The notes beneath the pieces were generated by a model, which did not search any database, was not told where the DNA came from, and saw nothing but the letters and a program-made list of their open reading frames with translations. Of a stretch of 64,000 bases of DNA, positions 13,019-24,971 are shown in pieces. The DNA comes from Octopus sinensis (taxonomy: Eukaryota): positions 69,068,001 to 69,132,000 of the forward strand of contig NC_042998.1 in the NCBI RefSeq assembly GCF_006345805.1. Reading direction: 5' to 3'. The position numbers and the translations under genes were made by a program. How positions within the stretch are numbered: the first letter of the stretch is position 1; each line of letters begins with the position of its first letter.

Positions 13019-13281
13019 TTTACAATATTCTAAAAATAAACACTTTGAAATCGCAAAGCAACAAAGTAATGCATAGAAACCTGAATGCTAAATTGTTAAG
13101 TCGACATCAGGAGCTAAAGTAATGACTTCAGACTTGCAGGAGAAAATGTAAATAATAATCATTTTATTGTGGCTGAATTTTTTTGTTATTTTTTAATAAT
13201 TTCTGTAATTGTGATTAATTACCTTATTTTTCCTCTTGTTTCAAGAATCAGTTATTTGAAGAAAACTTTATTTTTTTCCAG

Positions 13282-13572
13282 ATTCTGTATCCTCTTCAAT
13301 AACTCGAAGTCGTGCATCAGTAACTCGCAGTCATGCATCATTGGAGTCCATACCTGGACATTCAGATAAATCAGCTAACAAGATTATCTCCCCTATGAAA
13401 AAATCCGATAAAGTGAAATCACCTAAGGTCTCTGATGAGAATTTATATTCTCCCCCAAAACCCAAAGTAACTCCATTAAACTCTGCAAGACCCTGTTTAT
13501 CTCCAATCAAAAGAAATATCTGGGGTGATGAAACTCCATATTCAAAGATTCCTGCTAAATCACCCAAAATAG
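13282..13572 (+). CDS. CDC6: CDC6 coding exon 2 (Ser/Pro/Lys-rich N-terminal region with CDK-type SP motifs)
   Basis: ttttttccag| acceptor, |gttcgt donor, 291 nt, phase 1-1. Contains SPMK, SPK, SPPK, SPIK. Confidence 0.85.
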
Positions 13573-14304
13573 GTTCGTTAATTTGTTCTTTGCACCATTT
13601 GATATTAAATTCTCTTTTCGGCACATTTATTGCTAGTATAAATCAGTTGAATGAACCAGTGTATGTTTGTTTGGTTGCATGTTTATTTAATCCACAAAAG
13701 AGTTAACTCTTTGACCTTTTAAAGGATTTATTTTCTTCAAGTAAGAGAACTTGTCATTGGCACACATACACACCTGCATTCATGCAGATTAGACCTCTGA
13801 AATCCATTTGTCCATGAACCATTCTAATTTTAAAATCTGCCTCATTTGTTTATATCACATGAAACTGTTAAAACATTGTTAGGAGGTGTAATTGGTTGTT
13901 GTATTTCCTGACCTTTTCCCCTCTAACTTTGAGGAGACATTTAACATGTACATGGAATGAGATGGTAAGACTTTTTTACATAGACTCTCCCATGGGGTCA
14001 ATTTCTGTTTACCATCATTTCCCCTCATGGTCCAGCAATGGCCAGGTCTCAAGATTGCTAGACTTAGAGACCAAGGTATGTCATATTTGTACCTTAATTC
14101 TTCATGGTCATCACATTGAAAATAATATACAGGCACAGGAGTGGCTGTGTGGTAAGTAGCTTGCTTACCAACCACATTGTTCTGGGTTCAGTCCCATTGT
14201 GTGGCACCATGGGCAAATGTCATCTACTATAGCCTCAGACTCACCAAAGCCTTGTGAGTGGATTTGGTAGACAGAAACTGAAAGAAGCCCATCGTATATA
14301 ATAT

Positions 14305-14573
14305 TGTTGCGGAGGTCAAAAAGACGAGAAAATGCTATGACCCAATTTCGTTGGTTGGAGCCGGACAGGCTGGGAAAAGAAGTAATGGGTCTTTGTCCTG
14401 TCACCGGTAAGGGAAATTAATGAGGGTAGAAAGTACCTCTGACCCTTATCCGGTCAAGCAAAGTTCGCTGCCCACCCCCGCTTTCTGTGGTGGATTTCTG
14501 ATTTGACTGAGCGTAGTCGTCGTCGCTCGACTTAGGTTCCGGAGTCTGAGTTGAGCGACAGCAGGTCATAACA
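14305..14573. mobile_element. Solo LTR (269 bp) inserted in the TA tract of a SINE
   Basis: TGTTG...TAACA termini with a perfect 4-bp ATAT target duplication (14301-14304 / 14574-14577). It interrupts a family-A SINE spanning 14131-14765. Confidence 0.7.
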
Positions 14574-15018
14574 ATATAATATATATATATATTATATATA
14601 TGTACTTGTGTGTCTGTTTGTCTCTGTCACTTAGCAGTTCGGCAAAAGAGAGCAACAGAATAAGTACTAAGCTTACAAAGAATAAGTCCTGGGGTCTATT
14701 TGTTCAACTAAAGGTGGTGCTCCAGCATGGCCGCAGTCAAATGACTGAAACAAATAAAAGAATATTTACTTGCATATAAATTGCAATCCTTATTTAGTGT
14801 TGAATCCTGGCACTAAGTTTTTTCCCCTTTATATTTTAACTTGTCAGCTCTGCCTTTTGTATAAGTTGTACCCAGGTTTTTTCAGTTAAAAAAAGTCAAA
14901 TATAAAATAGTGTCTTATGAAGAAATATGGTGACTGTTTGTGTGCTTAACCTGTAAACCATTGAAATGTTTTTGAGATCATTGATTGTGAATATTTTAAA
15001 ATTTTATTTTATTGACAG

Positions 15019-15221
15019 TTAGTGAGAACTATTCTAAAACAAAGCAGTTATTACACACGGCCCATCCAGCAAAAGTGATCTGTCGCGAGGAAGAACAATC
15101 AAGAATTAATACATTTCTCTCTAAGCATATTTCTTCAAGAACTGGCAGTAGTATGTATATATCAGGTGCTCCAGGAACAGGGAAGACTGTCGTTCTTACA
15201 GAAATAATCAAGCATTTAAAA
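15019..15221 (+). CDS. CDC6: CDC6 coding exon 3 (AAA+ Walker A GAPGTGKT)
   Basis: ttgacag| acceptor, |gtaagt donor. 'CREEEQSRI...SMYISGAPGTGKT' is typical of CDC6. Confidence 0.97.
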
Positions 15222-15988
15222 GTAAGTATGATGTATTACAAATTTAATCATGTTTTTGCTGTTATATGTTTAAAGTTATCGCCACAGGAATTTTTAGTGT
15301 TATGGCTGTCTTTGATCAAGCGTCTTGTAAGTTATGTCCCTTGGCTTGAGATCCCATTTTATGTCTGTTGTAGTTTGTTCAGTATGATATATCTCGCTAT
15401 TTTGTCAAATTGACTAAGGTGGTTTTCTTAAAAGGTGAAACTCTCGTGTTTCATTACCTCATAGTTAACGTTTATTGAAATACTTTGCCTACTTTTTGAA
15501 GAGTGAGGAGCTTTAACACCAATGTATAAGGAACTGTAAGACAGGATTTTAAGTACAGAATTCTATCAAATTGTTCATAATTTGAAAATAACGTTTCTTA
15601 CTGGTTTCAAATTTTGGCACAAGGCCAGTAATTTCAGGAGTGGATGTAAGTTGATTACATCGACTCCAGTGCTCAACTGGTACTTATTTTATTGACCTGG
15701 AAAAGATAAGGCAAAGCTGACCTGTATTTTATTTTTGCTGACAATTAATGTTACTCTTTCGTATATGATATATATATATTCACATATATATACACACATG
15801 TAGGAGTAAGTACTTGGGCAACATACAGTGAAATATTAATAATGACAGAAACAAGATGGGCGTATCTTTTCCCTATTATATTCAGACATAAAAGTCTAGA
15901 TTTTTCTGAGCAGTGTTCAGTGACATCTTTAGAGAAATCTAGATTTTTTCTTATCAGCATGTGTGTGTGTGTGTATATATATTAATAT

Positions 15989-16030
<42 letters not shown>

Positions 16031-16592
16031 CTTCACCTTTTGACTTAATTCTCTATCATTATTTATATATACATAAGGTAGCAAGCTGGCAGAATCGTTA
16101 GCTTGCCAGGGGAAATGTTTAGAAGTATTTCGCCTGTATTTACATTCTGAGTTCAAATTCTGCTGAGGTTGACTTTGCCTTTCATCCTTTCGTGGTCGAT
16201 TAAATAAGTACCGGTTATACATTATGGTCGATGTAAGCGACTTAATGCCCTTCCCCAAGCTACCCTTGTGGAAAAAATTTGAATTGATTATTTATTTATA
16301 TACATGAATACATTGCAGTTCAAGTCTTCTGGGCCTGTTAGCCAGAGGTCTCGAGCTCAAAACTATGTTTTGCGACTTTATTTTATATGCAAGCAGTGGC
16401 TGTGTGGTTAAGTTTGCTTTCCAACCACGCGGTTTTGGATTCGATCTCATTGCATAGCACTTTGGGGCAAGTGTCTCCTAAAACCTCAGACTGACTAAAG
16501 CCTCTTAAAAGAATTTGTTACATAGAAACTGAAAGAAACTTGTGTGTGTGTAATGTTTTAACACTACTTAATAAATTTACCGTTTTCTCTAG

Positions 16593-16759
16593 GTTAATAA
16601 TTCCTGCAAAGTTGTATATCTGAACTGCATGATTTTCCATGATGTTTGGGATATTTATAAGAAAATCTATACTGAACTGACTGGCGAGATATATTCTAAG
16701 TCAACATCAAAACTACTGAAATCCTTACAAAAAATCATAACGAGCAGTAAAAAAAGCAT
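16593..16759 (+). CDS. CDC6: CDC6 coding exon 4
   Basis: ttctctag| acceptor, |gtaagt donor. 'KVVYLNCM...IYKKIY', phase 0-2. Confidence 0.92.
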
Positions 16760-17952
16760 GTAAGTATCTTCCAGTTTTTCTTTTTCTTTCACTACTTGCT
16801 AAGCCCATGACTTTTGCAGGCTCTTTGTTAATGGTCCATTTAACTCTTGACGCCAGCCTGTTTGGGACTAAAAGCTTTCATCAGAATTTCCTGTTGAATT
16901 ATATTTCAAACAGTGACGATTCTGGGTTCAGTCTCGGTGTGTGGCACCTTGGGCAAGTGTCTTCTATAGCCTTGGGCTGACCAAAGCCGTGACTGGATTT
17001 GGGAGGCAGAAACTGAAAGAAGACCATTATATATTATCATTTAATGTCTGTTGTCCATGCTGGCATTGGTTGGACAGTTTGATCAGGGCTGGTAAGCTTG
17101 AAGGCTGTGCTAGACTCCAGTCTGATTTGGCAAGGTTTTCTACAGCTGGATGTCCTTCCTAATGCCAACCACTCTGAGAGTGTAATGGGTGCTTTTATGT
17201 GCCACTGGCATGGCACTAGTATCTGCCACAACTGCGATTTTGCTCAGCTTGATGGGTCTTCTCAAGTACAACATTATGGCCAAAGGTCTCAGTCCTTACC
17301 TCTGTGAGGCCAAACGCTGGAAAGGAAATCTGCCACTTTGCCTCCATGAGGCCCAACGCTCCAAAGGAACTCTGCCACTTTGCCTCTGTGAAGCCCAATG
17401 CTCAAAAGGAACTCTGCCACTTTGCCTCCATGAGGCTCAACGCTCGAAAGGAACTCGGCCATTTTGCCTCTGTGGAGCCCCCCAACACACACACTCCTCT
17501 GTGTGTTTGTTACCTCACCACCACTGCATGACAGCTGGTGTTGGTTTGTTTACATACTTGTAAATTAGCAGTTCAACAAATGAGACTGATAAAATAAGTG
17601 CCAGGCTTATAAATAAAATACTGAGATTGATTCATTTGCCTAAAATATTCCTCGTGCATAGCTGCAGTCTAATGGCTGAAATGAGTAGAAGATAATGGCA
17701 CCTGTTCTCACCTGTCCAGTGCTGCATCACTGGTCAGTAAAATGTAGGAAGTTTTTCTGTTGTTCCATGTAGTGTCATCAAATTATACCCCTTTCTATAA
17801 ATGTGCAACTCTTGGGATACTTTGTCCTGGAATTTTCAGTATCTGTATTTATCCATGAAAATTCCATTTAATTAATTAATGGCAAATGAGAGTAAATTAG
17901 AAGTAGACTTGTCTGTGTGATTAAAAAGTTTGCTTCTGAGCTATATGACGTC

Positions 17953-18175
17953 TTAACCCTTTTGATACCAACCCGGCTGAAACTGGCTCTGAGTACAAAT
18001 GTCTTGTTTTCATAAGTTTTCAATTAAAATCTTCCACCAAACTTTAGTCACAATTTATGTTCCTAACACTAGCTGAATGATAACTAAGTTATTTTACTAA
18101 ATTCTTTGTTATAATCTAAAATAATTGAGAGAAACACTGAGCATCTCAAAATAAATACAGTAACAAAAGGGTTAA
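17953..18175. mobile_element. piggyBac-type MITE (other copies 18825-19052, 24418-24640)
   Basis: TTAA|CCCTTT...AAAGGG|TTAA ends. Three near-identical copies of about 225 bp in CDC6 introns. Confidence 0.75.
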
Positions 18176-18600
18176 GCGAGTACCTTCGGCTATAAGCCTT
18201 GAACTGATCAGTGTTTTGTGAGTGAAATCTTGGTTGATAGAAACTGTAAGGAAGCCTGTTGACGTCATTGTTTGAAAACCTCCTTTTCCACACAAGCTTC
18301 CACTTTCCATCTACCGATTCCATTCACAAGGTTTCATGCAGTGGGACTGAACCCAAATGATGATGTTGGAAAGTGAGATTCTTAACCACACATCCATGTG
18401 TAGCCATTAAGCTGTTTCCTTTATAAAGAACAAAGAGAAATAATTACTTTATTTGGAAACAAATGAGGGTTAGTGACAGCAAAAGCATGCTGCTAGAGAG
18501 AAAAAACTATGTTCAAAGACACTTGTCTAACTTATAGAAGAATGGAAAAGTGGTCAAAACTTTATTGACGTTGTTTTTAATAACCATATTTTTGTTTCAG

Positions 18601-18707
18601 TGTCCTTGTTTTGGATGAGATTGACCAATTGGACAACAAACATCATGAAGTACTCTATGAACTCTTTGGTTGGCCAGCCCTTTCAAACTCATCATTTGTT
18701 TTAATAG
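18601..18707 (+). CDS. CDC6: CDC6 coding exon 5 (Walker B VLVLDEIDQL)
   Basis: tttgtttcag| acceptor, |gtaagg donor. 'VLVLDEIDQLDNKHHEVLYELFGWP...FVLIG', phase 2-1. Confidence 0.97.
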
Positions 18708-21329
18708 GTAAGGATTAGATTCATTAAAAAAATTTGTTACATTATTCCTGTTTCTATTGGGTTGGGGCATAATTATTGCAGCTCTTTTTTTCAACAAAGA
18801 CAATAATATTTTACAAAAACATCTTTAACCCTTTCGTTACCAACCCGGCTGAAACCGGCTCTGGCTCTGAGTACAAATGTCTTGTTTTCATAAGTTTTGA
18901 ATTAAAATCTTCCACCAAACCTTAGTCACAATTTATGTTCCTAACACTAGCTGAATGATAACCAAGTTATTTTACGAAATTCTTTGTTATATTTAAAGTA
19001 AATGAAAGAAACACAGAGCATCCCAAAATAAATACAGTAACGAAAGGGTTAGATGATTATTCCAGAGCATATTCACCATCTACTTCAATTACAGCTTCCC
19101 ATTTGCTTGGCAGACAGTCCAGACTGTCATTTAAAGATGTTTTTGTTGAAAAAAAAGTGCAATAATTATTCACTGACCCAATAGTTTAGAGTAAAACCTA
19201 TCATAATTCAACTTTGCTTTTATGTAGAATAAATCTGTGATATTTCTATTTTGGTCATTCCGACTGAATGACCTTACCAAAGGATATTCTTGTTTCATTT
19301 TCTATCTGAATTTCTCTATTGACTTACAATAGATCTGTTATGGAATAGTCTTATTTATTGTTTCATTTTATCAACATTGTTGTTGCCACATACAAACCAC
19401 CTGTGCAGGTAACATATAACAAGCATCCATGCTGGTGCCATGTATAAAGCACCCAACACACTCTTAATTCTTTATTAGCCACAAGGGGTGAAATACAGAG
19501 GGGATAATACAAGGACAGACAAAACAACAGTGAGGAAGAAACAATTAAATCGGATGAATGATGGGATGATGTATGGATGGGGGGATGCAATGGTTACTCA
19601 AATCCTGCACTAGCAGTTACATTTAATACATTTTTTTAATCTTTTCTATTTTTTTTCTTTTGTAGTTTATCTAATATAATCTATACATATAAATTTGACA
19701 TGGGCAATTCTTTCTTGTCTTGGGATTCACGGTCAAACGGCTGGGTGGAATTGCGCGAAAATTTACACAGATGTGTTGAATGATCCGGTGGTGATGCTGG
19801 GTTTTGTATTTTTTCATAGCTCCCTTGGTTACTGAGATAATCTATTATAATAATACTCTTGTGTTTATGAATGAGAAAGGAAGGTGTGATAGATGAATAA
19901 GTGATGTCATACTTGTTTCAACTCTGTGAATATATGTGTATATGTAAAAGAGGGGATTTGTGTGTGTGTGTGCGCGTGCACAATGGAACAGGGATGGTTT
20001 ATTTTTTGATTTTGTTGAATCTTGGTTTTTTTTTGTTAGTTATTTTTAGCGTTTTGACAGAAAAAAAAGTCATTCTAAAATTGTTTTTTAACGTAAGCGT
20101 GCCCAAACAAGTCGAATGCTTACACAGAACAGGTTTTACAGCCACATCATCCAAACTGTCTGGGTGAAACCAGGCTTAGCTGCTAGTTTTACTTTAAAAC
20201 AGCTGTTAATACACTCTGTAATGAGATTTGCATTAAGAAGGGCTTCCAACCATAGAAACTTTGCCAAAATACACATTTGGAGCTTGGTGCAGCCCTTGTC
20301 AAACCCTCCAACCCATGCCAGCATCGAAAACGGTCATTAAATGATGATGATGCACTAATGGTCCGCATTTTAATTTGATTGCCTGATCAAACCAAAGCAT
20401 GCTTGGAGTCTTGTCCTTTACTTCTCAACATAAAATCAGTCGATGATTAAAATCTTTGACATCATCTTAAGTGTGGCTGTGGAGTTTGCTCCATAATTGG
20501 TGGTTTTAGATTTCACTGTGTGCTCCCTTGGGGTATGTATCCTCTACTCTAGCCTTGAACTGATCAATAAATCTAAGTGGAATTAAATCTAAACTGTATA
20601 GAAACCTATTGTGTGTGTGAGAGTATTCATTTTGTCTTTATTTCATTCCATTTTTCCATGTCTGGATGGGTTATACAAATATATTTGAGGTGTTGTTTTA
20701 CAGCCAGATACCCTTGCTGTTGTTAATCCTTAACTGTTTTTCAAGGAAGGGATCAGATATTTCATATGGTTTCCAGGCACAAAGTGACAGCTGACACACG
20801 CACACTGACAGCTTTTTCTTAGATTTCATTTATCGTTGATTGTTCTTGGGCTATACTAGAAAATACTTACCCATGTTGCTATGTGTACCATGTGGTTAGA
20901 GAGCGAATTTTTCAACCATGCAGCTGAAACCATTTGAGCAAATCAGTGATGTTGAAATTCCTTGTTAACAAATTACTGTTGCAATGACCATGCTCAAATG
21001 GTGTGTTTTATGTGCCTCCATTAAAATATGTTGCTTTTGTTTCAATTAATTTTGAAAATGAGGAATACAGTAAAATCACTTTAATATTATATTGATGTTT
21101 GGAATAAACTTAAAATGAAATTTTGTTGGTATTTAGTTTGTTTTAAACTATTATGTTTTAGCTCTGTTGAAATATACATGGTGGCCACAAAGTCACGCAC
21201 CATGGGAGATATCAAGTATGCTTTATTAGCCATGAAGTAGGCAATCCATAACAAATGCTCATTGTTGGCCATGTAGCTCTAAACAAAAGTTCATACGGAA
21301 TTTGAAATTGTGATGAACCATCTCAAATA

Positions 21330-21790
21330 GTTCTTCATTGCCGTTGACTTGTTCAAATGCTTCAACAGTTTTTTGTAGAATCCTTTCAGAATACACAAGG
21401 GATTTAATGTAGCCCCAGAAGAAAAAGTCCATGGGAGTTTAATCTGGTGACCATTGTGCCCATTCAAATGGTCCGTGATGCCCGAGCTATCTGCCTGGAA
21501 AATGTTCATTCAGAAAAATCATGAGCCCGTAATGCATAATGGGGCGAAGCCCCATCCTGCTGAAACTAGACAGGATTTCCCCTTCCAAGTGAATGCACGA
21601 GGTATCATCTTCTTGTCAAGCATGTCCGGATATGGATCATCTGTCACAGAGCCCTCCATATAAAATGATCCAATTACTTGATTGTGGCAAATCCCACACC
21701 ACACCATTACCTTGTCCCCGCCTTGTTGATTATCTGCCTTCATCTAATGAGGAATGGTTTGTGAGTAATATTGGAAGTTATGAAAAGAGA
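21330..21790 (-). mobile_element. Tc1/mariner-superfamily transposase remnant
   Basis: Minus-strand frames give 'DKVMVWCGICHNQVIGSFYMEGSV' and a degenerate QQDGAPxH / WPxxSPD / MDFFFWGYIK region, with stops. Confidence 0.7.
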
Positions 21791-24019
21791 ATAAAAAAAA
21801 AAAGAGAATGTTAGCATTTTCACATATTGCAGGATGGTGCATGACTTTATGGCCACCCTATAGAATTTGTTTCATTTGATTTTGAAAATATTGAAGAATT
21901 TAGTAAAATCAGTTTATTATGAAGTTGGTGTTTGGAACATAAATGTTTAGAAAATTCTGATGGGGAGCTTTTAGATCACTTCAAAGCAAAAAGTTTGTAT
22001 CACAGAACTAAGGCAGTGTCAGGCACATTGGTATCGAAAGGGTTAATACAGAATTTGTATCCTAGTGGGTTGATCTGAGACAGGTTGGTATCAAAAGGGT
22101 TAAGAGATTCTTATGCCAAAGTTTGTTATGTGGCATTCAAACAATGGTAATCCAATACAATTCTACATTTAGGTATTATCAACAATAAGTAGAATTCAGC
22201 ATGTGGTGACCTGCAGTGCAGAAAGCAATAAGTTAATTGTGCACATAATTGATGTTTTTTCTTCTCTATTTTTGATCTGCTCCAATATCTCCCCTATCTG
22301 TTACAACTCATTTAAAAGTTACTCAGCTGTATATAATTATGATTCTCTAATTGAGTCTTTTGAGGAGGTTTTCCCTTCTTCAATGACTCATGTGATACAG
22401 TTTAGTGTACAATGATTTGAATATTGGGATGTCTGTACAAACAGGTTTATGCCTGCTTAGTTATAAGCTGTGGTAGAGGGTGGTCTCTTACAAGAATTCA
22501 CTCCTAATGTATCAGACTGTATTCTCTTGAGTTTCTCTGTTTTTTAGATTGGTTAAGAATTTCATTAAACACCAATTCTAAATTAATGTTCATGAAGAGA
22601 ATAAAAGTAAAAAAAAAAACAACCAGAGTTTACCATTATAACTATCTTAGGGAATTTATGTAGTTTTTATGCTTAATCCTTTTGATGCCAACTTACTTGA
22701 GAGTCCCACTGGTTCTATGATATTAACTTTTTGTTTTTCATCATCATTATCTTTGTTTAACGTCCGCTTTCCATGCTGGCATGGGTTGGACGATTTGACT
22801 GAGTACTGGCAAGCCAGATGGCTGCACCAGGCTCCAATTTGATCTGGCAGAGTTTTAACAGCTGGATGTCCTTCCTAACGCCAACCAGTCCGAGAGTGTA
22901 GTGGGTGCTTTTACAGGCCATCGGCACGAGGGCCACTCAGGCAGTACTGGTAACGACCACGCTCAAATGATGTTTTTTACATGCCACCTGCACAGGAGCC
23001 AGTCCAGTGGCACTGGCAATGACCTCGATCTAAATTAAAAGCTTCCATCAAAATTACACATTAACCCTTTAATACTCTGATTGCTCTGTCAAACATAATG
23101 CATATTTATTCACAATGTTTTGAATTAATGGTGTATTTGTGGTTTTATAATTTTGATGGTGGTAAGTAGCTTGCTTACCAACCACATGGTTCCGGGTTCA
23201 GTCCCACTGCGTGGCACCTTGGGCAAGTGTCTTCTACTATAGTTTTCGGGTCGACCAAAGCCTTGTGAGTGGATTTGGTAGACGGAAACTGAAAGCCCGT
23301 CGTGTATATATGTGTGTGTGTGTGTATATATATATATATACGTCTGTGTCTGTGTTCGTCCTCCTAACATAGCTTGACAACCGATGCTGGTGTGTTTACG
23401 TCCCCATCACTTAGTGGTTAGATAAAATAAGACCGATAGAATAAGTACTAAGCTTACAAAGAATAAATCCTGGGGTCTGTTTGTTTGACTAAAGGTGGTG
23501 CTCCGGCATGGCCACAGTCAAATGACAAACAAATAAAAGAAAAAAAATATGATTGTTTATTACCAGAATGACATTGTAGAGTAGGTGCGAGAGGCCAAGT
23601 CTGGCCAGTTTAAACATAAAACAGAATATTTGAACCAGAGATGATAGCTGGTTTAAATGCTAAATTGTTAAATAATGTTTGAAACACCGGCTTCATACCA
23701 ATAAAGCTGTTTTATTAAACTCTTATTTTAAAGATTTAAAACAAGGGAATTTATATAAACAGATTTTCATTTTGTCTCCTTTTCTTTTCATGCTGGCATG
23801 GATTAGACAAATATCTAAAAAGACCTTGTTTTACATCCAGATCCTCTTCCTGTTGCTTATGTATATGTTTTTCAAGTGGGGAATCTCTTTTCCACTTGTC
23901 TTAACTTGCCAACAAATTGAATTTTCATTGAACATAATAATGTTGATGTATTAATTTGCATTTTATATTTAAATCTTGTCTATAATCAAATTTTTGTTTT
24001 TATTATTAAAACTTTTAAG

Positions 24020-24159
24020 GTGTAGCAAACTCCCTTGATCTGACAGACCGTATTTTACCCAGGCTGCAGGCACGATTAGATCTCAGACCCACTCTTATGA
24101 ATTTTCCTCCATATACTAGGGATCAAATTGTTCAAGTTATTGAAGACCGGTTAAAAGTT
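24020..24159 (+). CDS. CDC6: CDC6 coding exon 6 (sensor 1 / Arg-finger region)
   Basis: 'GVANSLDLTDRILPRLQAR...NFPPYTRDQIVQVIEDRL'. Canonical splice sites, phase 1-0. Confidence 0.97.
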
Positions 24160-24769
24160 GTAAGTCGCATTTCTTTATTCTTCAAATATTTATTTTAGAT
24201 ATTAATACTAACCGTTTAGCATTCAGATTACTCTGGCAAGTGGAATAATTATTTATTCAGATTGTTTTGAATTAATCTGGTATTAATTACCTTGTAGCTC
24301 TGAGATTTAAGTGAAGTAATTATTTTTAGAATGCCTTTGTAGGGTAGGTGTGGGGGGCTGGATCTTGCTGGTTTGAACATAAAAACTGGTAGAATATTTG
24401 GGCCAGATATAGCTGGATTAACACTTTTGTTACCAACCTTGCTGAAACTGGCTCTGTAATACAAATGTCTTGTTTTCATAAGTTTTGAATTAAAATCTTC
24501 CACCAAACTTTAGTCACAATTTATATTCCTAACACTAGCTGAATGATAACGAAGTTATTTTACTAAATTCTTTGTTATATTTAAAGTAATTGAAAGAAAC
24601 ACAGAGCATTTAAAAATAAATACAGTAACGATAGGGTTAAAATTAATATTATATTAATATTCAAATATTAATGTATTTTTCCAAATGATATTAATATTCA
24701 AATATTGTGTTTTTTCAAATGATAGACCAATTTTTCTTTTTTCCCTTTTTTTCTCCTCCCCCTTTGAAG

Positions 24770-24932
24770 TTGAAATTAAATTGTGGCTACGTGTTTGAAC
24801 CAAGTGCTATACAGTTTTGTGCTCGTAAGGTAGCTTCTATGGCAGGAGATATGCGGAAAGCCCTTGATATTTGCCGAAGAGCCATTGAACAAATGGAAAC
24901 TGAGATGCGATTCCAACAAATATCGTCAGCAG
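24770..24932 (+). CDS. CDC6: CDC6 coding exon 7 (sensor 2)
   Basis: 'AIQFCARKVASMAGDMRKALDICRRAIE'. ctttgaag| acceptor, |gtagga donor, phase 0-1. Confidence 0.97.
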
Positions 24933-24971
24933 GTAGGACTTGCCATTTAATTATATAAAAGTTTTGATCTC

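Noticed and set aside
17305-17480. 42-bp x4 tandem giving ORFs 17189-17563
   Set aside because: Internal duplication within an RTE-tail repeat; not supported as coding.
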